Shown here: piece after piece, positions 1 through 7,200 of the stretch
How the letters are laid out: every line of letters starts with the position of its first letter
Numbering within the stretch: the first letter of the stretch is position 1
Assembly (NCBI GenBank): GCA_016938815.1
Contig: JAFGTX010000137.1
Location: 1-11,968, forward strand
Direction: 5' to 3'
Length of the DNA stretch: 11,968 nucleotides
DNA from: Clostridia bacterium
GTDB lineage: Bacteria; Bacillota; Clostridia; Peptostreptococcales; Acidaminobacteraceae
Program-made: the position numbers and the translations under genes
The notes under the pieces: model-generated
The model's input: the letters and a program-made list of their open reading frames with translations, nothing else
The model's database searches: none
What the model was told of the DNA's origin: nothing

Positions 1-245
1 GCCAACATGACAGACCCAGTCCCCACGATAGAAAACATCAAGAGTCGCACGTTGCTCAAGGTATAAAGCGCCGGCTGATAGATGCTGCAAAAAAGCAGTA
101 TCGGCAATAAAATCCAGTAAACAAATTTATTGATGCCCGCCACTTCGTCCTTGCCCAAAATCCCAGTTGCCTTTGCGCCATAGCCGATGGACATGGTGAA
201 GAGTAGCGGAAAAGTCGTTTTTAATGCAACTATGAGTATTTCCAT
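1..245 (-). CDS. AEC-family (auxin efflux carrier / malate-permease-like) transporter, N-terminal part only; the gene continues past the left window edge
   Basis: Minus-strand ATG at 245..243 preceded by GAGG (7-nt spacer). The frame is open to position 1. Translation MEILIVALKTTFPLLFTMSIGYGAKATGILGKDEVAGINKFVYWILLPILLFCSIYQPALYTLSNVRLLMFSIVGTGSVML has the hydrophobic N-terminal TM1 and the 'GIL...F..LLP.LLF' pattern typical of AEC transporters. It is not in the ORF track because it is truncated by the edge. It starts 14 nt downstream of the nudC stop. Confidence 0.7.
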   Translation of the reverse strand, partial: MEILIVALKTTFPLLFTMSIGYGAKATGILGKDEVAGINKFVYWILLPILLFCSIYQPALYTLSNVRLLMFSIVGTGSVML

Positions 246-259
246 GTTTATGCCTCACG

Positions 260-1096
260 CTACTTCTTATACCACGCATACATCATCGTACGCGTCAACG
301 ATTTTTCATAGGGATGAACCTCAGGCATTTCAGCACGGGTTAACCATGAGCCTTCTTTCAGTTCCGATGTATCTAGGGTGATGGTCTCATCACCATCCAG
401 TTCTGCAAAAAATCCAGTGAGCAAGCCACCGGTAATGCCCCACGGCTGACTGTCGTAGTAGCGAATGTTCTTCACTCTGATGCCCACTTCTTCAAAAACT
501 TCCCTACGCACAGCATCTTCAAGGGTTTCTCCAATTTCAACAAAACCGGCAATCAATGCATAGCGGTCGTAATTGCGGTCAGCATATTTCGTAAACAGCA
601 TTTTGTCGCCATTTTCTACCGCGACAATGACCACAGGACTGATTTGAGGATACTTCATCAAGCCACAGCTCGGGCAGGCCATCACCCGTTCATGATCTTT
701 CATGGCCATGGGTTGCCCACATTTGCCGCAGTACCGATTGCTTTGATACCAATCGTAAAGATGCCCCGCCGTATAGGCGATATGTCCGATGACATTATCC
801 GCCATATCAAAAAGTGTACGTCGATCCCTTCTGTCAAAGCCTTCTGTCAGCAAATGACTCTTTGTCCCTAAGTATAGATAATAAGGCGTTTCATCTATGG
901 CAAATAAGTACATAAACTCATCCGCATCACTTCCGATGATTGTCTCTACATCGGAAAGACTGGGATATAAGTCGTTTTCTTCATTTTCGTCAATCACAAA
1001 CTGCATGTCATCAACCACAATCACCTTGCTGTCTCGATCGATCGGGGACTTTCTATAGGTGATGTCCATCTGTTTTGGTGCTATATCTTGTATCAT
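260..1096 (-). CDS. nudC: NAD(+) diphosphatase NudC (Nudix hydrolase with C4 zinc ribbon)
   Basis: The ORF 260..1270 contains a Nudix box GFVEIGETLEDAVRREVFEEVGI (GX5EX7REUXEEXGU) and a CGKCG...CPSCG zinc-ribbon motif upstream of it, which is the NudC architecture. The start is placed at ATG 1096..1094 (MIQDIAPKQMDITYRK...) because it has a GGAG RBS 8 nt upstream. The longer ORF extension (1097..1270) would overlap the 3' end of the upstream yihY-like gene. Stop is TAG at 260..262. Confidence 0.85.
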   Translation of the reverse strand: MIQDIAPKQMDITYRKSPIDRDSKVIVVDDMQFVIDENEENDLYPSLSDVETIIGSDADEFMYLFAIDETPYYLYLGTKSHLLTEGFDRRDRRTLFDMADNVIGHIAYTAGHLYDWYQSNRYCGKCGQPMAMKDHERVMACPSCGLMKYPQISPVVIVAVENGDKMLFTKYADRNYDRYALIAGFVEIGETLEDAVRREVFEEVGIRVKNIRYYDSQPWGITGGLLTGFFAELDGDETITLDTSELKEGSWLTRAEMPEVHPYEKSLTRTMMYAWYKK

Positions 1097-1130
1097 TTTA
1101 TCATCTCCAATTGGTCTGCCATGACTGTAA

Positions 1131-2054
1131 TTATTTGCGCTTTTTATTGCTTCCCTTTTTATTATTACTACGTTTTTCCATACCACACAATACTTTCTTG
1201 ATAATATCACTGTCACGATGTTGACTTTGATGAACGAACCCATCCAACAAAATCGAATTAAGCTCTGCACCTATCATCAGTACGATACCAGTAAAATAAA
1301 GCCAAACCATTAAAATTACCACCGCCGCCAAGGAACCGTAGATAATGGAATATCGTCCAAAGTTGGAGACAAAATAAGAAAAGCCATAAGACATCAACAT
1401 CCAGAAGACGATGGCAAAGGTCGCTCCCTTCCATACATCTTTGAACCTTAGTTTCTTAGTAGGCAAGATCAAGTACATCAACAAAATATCCAGTACCATG
1501 ACGCCGACAATAAAGAACCACCGGACGTAGGAAAAGATGCTAATGAATTCCGCGGACATTGGAATAAAATAACTGACCAAGGACAAAAATTCCTTACCCA
1601 TAATGGATAGAATCGCCAAGACGACGGTCATCACCATGAAGGCAAAGGTATAGAGTATGCCAATCAGCTTCGCTTTAAAAAAACCACGGTAGCATTCCAC
1701 ACGATAAGCGACGTTCAGTGCACGTATCAGTGCTTCGACGCCTCTTGACGCCGTATACAGTGTCACAATCGCCGCCACAGGAATATAACCCGTCTCATCA
1801 AATAGAACGATATCCTTTATGTACTCCGAAATGACCACCGCTGAATCCAAGGGCAAAATACCATTGAGTACTTGAAGCACCATATCCGGGTCCAGAGAAA
1901 AACGTCCAAATATCGACAACAGGAAAATCAGAAAAGGAAAAAGTGACAACAACAAAAAAAATGCCAATTGAGCACTCAATGCCGTAATCTGATGTTCTCT
2001 GTATCTATAACGCAATTCCCAAAGTAAATTACTACAAAAGGATAAATTAAACAT
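1131..2054 (-). CDS. yihY: YihY/BrkB-family integral membrane protein (historically mis-called ribonuclease BN)
   Basis: 307-aa polytopic membrane protein with the family-typical N-terminal 'ITALSAQLAFFLLLSLFPFL' segment followed by multiple TM helices and a short basic C-terminal tail. ATG at 2054..2052 with GGGGGA 5 nt upstream. 34-nt gap to nudC suggests co-transcription. Confidence 0.85.
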   Translation of the reverse strand: MFNLSFCSNLLWELRYRYREHQITALSAQLAFFLLLSLFPFLIFLLSIFGRFSLDPDMVLQVLNGILPLDSAVVISEYIKDIVLFDETGYIPVAAIVTLYTASRGVEALIRALNVAYRVECYRGFFKAKLIGILYTFAFMVMTVVLAILSIMGKEFLSLVSYFIPMSAEFISIFSYVRWFFIVGVMVLDILLMYLILPTKKLRFKDVWKGATFAIVFWMLMSYGFSYFVSNFGRYSIIYGSLAAVVILMVWLYFTGIVLMIGAELNSILLDGFVHQSQHRDSDIIKKVLCGMEKRSNNKKGSNKKRK

Positions 2055-2074
2055 AGTATTCCCCCAGTGTTTTT

Positions 2075-2083
2075 ATTATACCA
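2075..2083 (-). promoter_or_regulatory. Extended -10 element (TGgTATAAT) of a putative promoter for the yihY-nudC-AEC operon
   Basis: Minus-strand sequence ...caagTGGTATAATaaaaacactgggggaatactATG. This is a perfect TATAAT with an upstream TG. The -35 is poor (TTAATA), as is common with extended -10 promoters. The predicted leader is only ~15 nt and contains the GGGGGA RBS. Confidence 0.45.
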
Positions 2084-2130
2084 CTTGAAAGGCCATTTAT
2101 TAAAAGTGTATTAAAAGAACTGTCTTAGAT

Positions 2131-2159
2131 TTGTATTGCACGCTTTTAAGGGGTATCAT
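2131..2159 (+). promoter_or_regulatory. Putative sigma-A-type promoter for the hflK-hflC-like pair (TTGTAT-17-TATCAT)
   Basis: -35-like TTGTAT at 2131-2136, 17-nt spacer, -10 TATCAT at 2154-2159. It lies ~37 nt upstream of the AAGGAGG RBS at 2184-2190. Motif quality is only moderate. Confidence 0.35.
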
Positions 2160-2196
2160 ATCAATATGAGCAACAATTATCTAAGGAGGAATGAAC

Positions 2197-3147
2197 ATGG
2201 CAGGAAAATTATCGAAATCCATGCTGCTGATTATTGTTCTTGCACTATTGGCGCTTGCCGGCATGAACAGTTTCTTTTTCCTCGAAAACTCTGAACAAGC
2301 GGTTATTCAGCGTTTTGGAGAAAAAGTCGCAGTCATTGACAAATCGGGTATGAATTTCAAACTACCATTTGTTGATAAAGTTTATATCATCAACACAAAG
2401 GAAATTCGAAGTGTACAATACGGCTACCGTCCGGACAATACACCGACACCAACTAGCGTACCAACTTATGTGGATTATCAAGATGAACAAATCGTATTAA
2501 CAAAAGGCTCTTACCTCGTGAACATCGGCGCAATCATTCAATACCGTATTACGGATGCTGCTGATTATATCTACAATGTTGACGATCAAAGTGGTACCCT
2601 ACGCCTTGCTTTTGAAAGTGTTCTAAGAAGAAACATGCAAAATAAGGATTTGGAAGATGCCTTGATCAACAAGGATTCCATTGCGGTTGAAATCCTACCT
2701 GAGTTAACTCAGAAGGTAAACAGCTATGGCCTCGGTATCACCATTGTAGAAGTTAAATTTACGGATGTATTGCTCCCTGAAAAAGTTCAATTTGCTTATG
2801 ACGACGTCAATATCGCAGAAAACGAGAAAGACGAATTTGTAAGTAAGGCAGCAAAATACACCAATGAAAAATTGCCAGCTGCAAGAGCGGAAGCTTACCA
2901 ACGCATCCAATCCGCAGAAGCTTATAAAGCGGAAAAAATCGCTCAGGCCCGTGGTGACGTAGAAAACTTCTTACAGGTTTACGAAAAGTATAAAGTATCA
3001 CAAGATGTTACAAAAACAAGATTGTATATTGAAACTATGGAACAAATTCTCCAAAATTCAACGCAAAAGTACATTCTTGATATGGATGGCAGCGGTACGG
3101 TTAAATACTTGCCTCTGAATCCAGAAGTCATGAAAGGGGGACAATAA
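2197..3147 (+). CDS. hflK: HflK-like SPFH/band-7 family membrane protein
   Basis: Single N-terminal TM helix (LLIIVLALLALAG), then an SPFH domain with HflK-type motifs (QAVIQRFGEK, IQYRITDAADYIYNV, FESVLRRNMQN, ITIVEVKFTDVLLPEKVQFAYDDVNIAE, AEAYKAEKIAQARGDVENFL, TKTRLYIETMEQIL, KYLPL). The start is placed at ATG 2197 (6 nt after AAGGAGG 2184-2190). The ORF-track start ATG 2191 abuts the RBS with no spacer. Confidence 0.85.
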   Translation: MAGKLSKSMLLIIVLALLALAGMNSFFFLENSEQAVIQRFGEKVAVIDKSGMNFKLPFVDKVYIINTKEIRSVQYGYRPDNTPTPTSVPTYVDYQDEQIVLTKGSYLVNIGAIIQYRITDAADYIYNVDDQSGTLRLAFESVLRRNMQNKDLEDALINKDSIAVEILPELTQKVNSYGLGITIVEVKFTDVLLPEKVQFAYDDVNIAENEKDEFVSKAAKYTNEKLPAARAEAYQRIQSAEAYKAEKIAQARGDVENFLQVYEKYKVSQDVTKTRLYIETMEQILQNSTQKYILDMDGSGTVKYLPLNPEVMKGGQ

Positions 3148-3148
3148 G

Positions 3149-4177
3149 ATGCAATTCAATAATCAAAACCCCAATGGTCAAAATTTCAACGATTTTCAAG
3201 AAAAGACAAGGCAACGTGCCGAAGACATTGCAAAAAACGCAAAAAAAGCCGCTAAACGTGGCATAGCCGCACTAATTATACTCTTTGTACTAATCGGTGC
3301 CAGCAGTTTCTTCTACATCGTTGCAGAAGACGAAGTCGCTACTGTCAAACAACTGGGCGAAACCAAAAAAGTCATCGTCGATGTGGACAATGACACAGCG
3401 GCTAGTCAAAGTCAACTTGATCCTAAATTCGCTAATATCGAAATCGTACGCGATAAGGGTCTCTTCTTCAAGATTCCTTTCATCACAACGGTTGAAAAAG
3501 ATACCAGCAAGTTGATTACCTATATCTCAAACTCTGCGCAAATCAATACAAAAGACAAGATCAAATACCAAATCTCGATGTTTGCACAATGGGAAATTTC
3601 TCATCCAGGTCTTTACAGATCATCACTTGGCAACGTTCAAAGAGCCAATGCCAATATCGATGAAGTAGCCTATGCCGTTGTTATCGAGAAAATCAATGGA
3701 TTGACAAGCAGAGAATTCTTAACAGACAAAGAAGCCCTTTATACAGCACTTGACGGCGCCCTTGTAGAGCTTAATGAAAAAATGGCCCCTAAAGGGATCG
3801 TCTTAAAGGACATCGAAGTTTACAGAACTATTTTACCAGATTCAAACATCGAATCGACTTATAAGAAAATGGTGGCAGAACGTGGTGCCATCGCTCAGAA
3901 AAAACGTTCTGAAGGTCAAGAGCTCTATCAAAATACGGTAGCTGACACTGACAGAAAAGTGGCTGAAACTATTGCTGAATCGATTGAGACTTCTGAAAAA
4001 ATCATCGGTGAAGCGGATGCATCTGCTCTTGAAATCTATGCAGAAGCCTTCAGTAAGGACCCTGAATTCTACGAATACTGGAGAACGCTCAAGTCTTATG
4101 AGAAGACCATCAATTCAGATACGGTCATCTACATGGATAAGAACAACGATTACTTGAAATATTTTAGAGGTAATTAG
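3149..4177 (+). CDS. hflC: HflC-like SPFH/band-7 family membrane protein
   Basis: ATG is 1 nt after the hflK-like TAA, with GGGGGA 7 nt upstream, indicating translational coupling. Features: TM helix IAALIILFVLIGASSFFYIV, an SPFH core, and a C-terminal HflC-type segment (AERGAIAQKKRSEGQELYQN...IIGEADASALEIYAEAFSKDPEFYEYWRTLKSYEKTI). It has an unusually Q/N-rich cytoplasmic N-terminus (MQFNNQNPNGQNFNDFQEK...). Confidence 0.8.
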   Translation: MQFNNQNPNGQNFNDFQEKTRQRAEDIAKNAKKAAKRGIAALIILFVLIGASSFFYIVAEDEVATVKQLGETKKVIVDVDNDTAASQSQLDPKFANIEIVRDKGLFFKIPFITTVEKDTSKLITYISNSAQINTKDKIKYQISMFAQWEISHPGLYRSSLGNVQRANANIDEVAYAVVIEKINGLTSREFLTDKEALYTALDGALVELNEKMAPKGIVLKDIEVYRTILPDSNIESTYKKMVAERGAIAQKKRSEGQELYQNTVADTDRKVAETIAESIETSEKIIGEADASALEIYAEAFSKDPEFYEYWRTLKSYEKTINSDTVIYMDKNNDYLKYFRGN

Positions 4178-4204
4178 TCCATCCAACTCATAATTTTGAT
4201 ATAG

Positions 4205-4238
4205 AAAATCCAACCGAATCATCCGGTTGGATTTTTTT
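4205..4238. terminator. Shared bidirectional rho-independent terminator between the convergent hflC-like gene and the giant ATPase gene
   Basis: Perfect 10-bp stem AATCCAACCG (4207-4216) / CGGTTGGATT (4224-4233) with a 7-nt loop. It is followed by T7 (4232-4238) on the plus strand and preceded by A4, so it gives a TTTTC run when read on the minus strand. It sits 28 nt after the hflC-like stop and 20 nt after the giant gene's stop. Confidence 0.8.
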
Positions 4239-4257
4239 AGGTCTGTCTTATGAACCC

Positions 4258-7200
4258 TTAGTTATTTGCCTTTAAAGTTTCATATACATTCTTTATTTTT
4301 TCTATATGTGCTGTCAATTCTTGAAGGCTAAGGACTGCTTGTCCAACTTTGTCATCACCTTTCACCAGTTTGTTCTTATTAAAGAGTCCTTTAATTTCTT
4401 CATAACGCTGGTGCTCGTCTTCTGTTAGACAGTCATTGATTTCCTTCCACTTCAGCATATTGGATTCTGCACCGTTTGTAAGGGTTTGACAATCATTTTC
4501 ATAACTGCCCACCACTTGTTTGAAGAGTTCTTCCTCATTCATCACGGAAACGACACGCTCGGCAATTTTGTTCATATTACGGTAGGATCCCTGTAATTTA
4601 AATGCAGGTTCCATACGATACTCTTCAGCTTGTGCCGCTGAAGCAATATAAGCCATATTGACCTTTAAAACGATATCTCTAACCTTACTTAGTTTATGAA
4701 GAACCTCAATGTATTCGTTGAGTTCATCTGAACTATAGTTTCCTTCCAGCTCTACCGATTCGCGATCCGCACCGGATGCCATTGCCACTAAGCCATAGAT
4801 ATCAGAAGGATTTCGATTGGTCAATTTTGATAGCACCGGATTCGAAGTTAAGCAGTTTTCAATATAACTCAGCTTAAAAGCCTCTTCATTCTCCCGCAAC
4901 ATATCCCCTAGGTTATAAACGTCAGCACGGTTGGCCAACATATCCGGAATTTTAAATTTCTCACCACTCTCCGTATATGGATTCCCTGCCATAACGACTG
5001 CAATTTTCTTGCCGCGAAGGTCAAAGGTTTGTCCAACACCATCATAGACCCCTTCAATTTTACGCTGTCCATCACATAAGGAAATGAATTTCTGTAAAAA
5101 TTCAGGATGACAATGTTGAATATCATCGACATAGAGCATGATGTTATTGCCCATTTTAAGCGCTATGTTCAACTTTCGAAGCTCTTCTTTGGCACTGGAA
5201 TGACCTGCTTTTTCAGGATCCAGAGAGGTTATCTCATTGCCTAATGATGGACCGTTCACCTTTACCATAATAAAGCCCAGTCTATTGGCCACATACTCCA
5301 TTAAGGTTGTTTTACCATAGCCCGGCGGAGATACAAGGAGCAATAACCCCATAAGGTCTGTTCTCTTGTCATTTCCAACTACGCCCATTTGTTTGGCTAG
5401 GTTATCACCAATCAATGGCAGGTAGACTTTATCAATCAGCTTATTTCTTACAAAAGAAGTAAGGACGGTTGGTCTAAAGTCATCTAGGCGCAATGCCTCT
5501 TTGAAAGATTTAATGAGATCTGATTTAAGCGCCTGATAAGCCATATAGTCTGGTACAGTATTTTCAGTGAAGTGCTTCATCTTTTGCATGAATGCCGTAT
5601 AGTGAAGGGTATAATTCCCGTTATCCACTTGCCCATGGTTTCCAACAAGCCCCTCGATAGTGAGCTTGGTACCCGACTGGATGACGTTATCCAACTTGGC
5701 ATCTTTCTCGATTAACAAAACGATGACTTCATCCAAAACCCCGGCAATATCTGACGCCTCTAAAATGATTGGGCTATTTTCTTCTTGCTGTGCTTGCCAG
5801 TAGGCAAAAACCCATTCTTTCGCCAAGTAAAACTGACCTTCCAAATCCTTTTCACTCGCTTTCAATGAGTTTTCAAAGGTTTCCAGTGCTTTCACATCTC
5901 GAAGATAAGCCATAAAACCGTCATAGACTTGCTTGGCCAGCATGCTGATTACAAAAGTATCACCTGTCATCAACTCTTTACACAAATAGTCTGCAGCTTC
6001 AGGGATGCTGTCTGCCGAATAAAAAGGCAATTCATCATAGGCCGTTTCAAATTGCTCGATGATTAAAGGCAAATAGTTTTCGATGCGTGGTGGCGTCGCA
6101 AAAAAACCGCTGATTTTTGCCAACTCTGAGAGTCGGGCTGCCATTTGCTCTTTCGTCGTCTTATCCACTAAACGATTCCAAAACAGACGTGCCATAGCAC
6201 GTACTTCACTTCTATAAATCAGCAAATCGACTGTATGGAAGAGTTCTAGTAAGCCTCGCAAAATTTTTGAACCGTCTTCGTCGTGAACACCTTTGGTATA
6301 GCCCTCTTGGTAACGCTTTTCCATATAGGCTCTAACGGTTTCCTTAAGTTGACTTTCCGACATATCATAAAGGGCTCCTCGATCATAACCCTTCCCATCT
6401 GCCATCTCAAAAATAGAATAGGCCAGATATTCACCACGATAAACCTTACTATTTTCCGAAATGATGCTTTGATCAAATACATGACGATACTGCTCGATTT
6501 TAGGTTCCTGCACGCGATCCCAAAAATCCGTACCTGTTATGTGATAGTATAAGTGTTGATCCTTCTGAACAATGGACAAATCAATGGTCTTTCTATTCAC
6601 AGAGAAATGGTGTTGTCCGAATTTAATGACATCCTTACCCTGTAAATAGAGTTCCTGACGATCTTTCAACTGACGAATGGTATTCTCTTTTAAGGCTTTT
6701 AACTTTGAACTTAATTCATCGGCTTTGACCGTATCGCCCAAAGCCCGCAACTCCGAGGTAATATCACGCACTTTTTCTGCCATGATGTCGGTTGCCAGAT
6801 AGCCATTGATCTTTTCGACAGAATCAAATCCTGCCACGCGATTTTCAATACCGCTGATAATCCTTGTTGCAGAGTCAAACAATGTCACTAATTTCTTATT
6901 CAACTTATCCAAGAGAGTCTGTTTGCGTGTCTCAAAGGTACTGTAAATTTCCTCACGCTTTTCGCCTAGCTGCGTCAAGTACTCATCAAACTCAGAAAAT
7001 TTGCCCTCGAGCTCTTGAATCTGTACCATCACCTTATTTAGGTAGCTATCGCACTTTTCTTCGGTATCCGCAACTTCTAGATAATTTACAACCGCTTGTC
7101 CCAGTAGGCGCATTTGTGCACTAAACTGAATCGCCATCTCGCTTTTATTGAAGCTTTCAATTTTCGTTTTCAGCTTTGCCTTGGCATTGTTAATTTGAGA

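Noticed and set aside
187-381. 64-aa plus-strand ORF
   Set aside because: It lies antisense across the nudC 3' end and the AEC transporter start. It has no RBS and a low-complexity translation, so it is spurious.
644-871. 75-aa plus-strand ORF inside nudC
   Set aside because: Antisense shadow ORF within a well-supported CDS; no start context.
1097-1270. N-terminal extension of the nudC ORF back to the first in-frame Met (336-aa version)
   Set aside because: It would overlap the last ~46 codons of the yihY-like gene, has no RBS, and the extra 58 residues have no NudC-like character. ATG at 1096 has GGAG at proper spacing.
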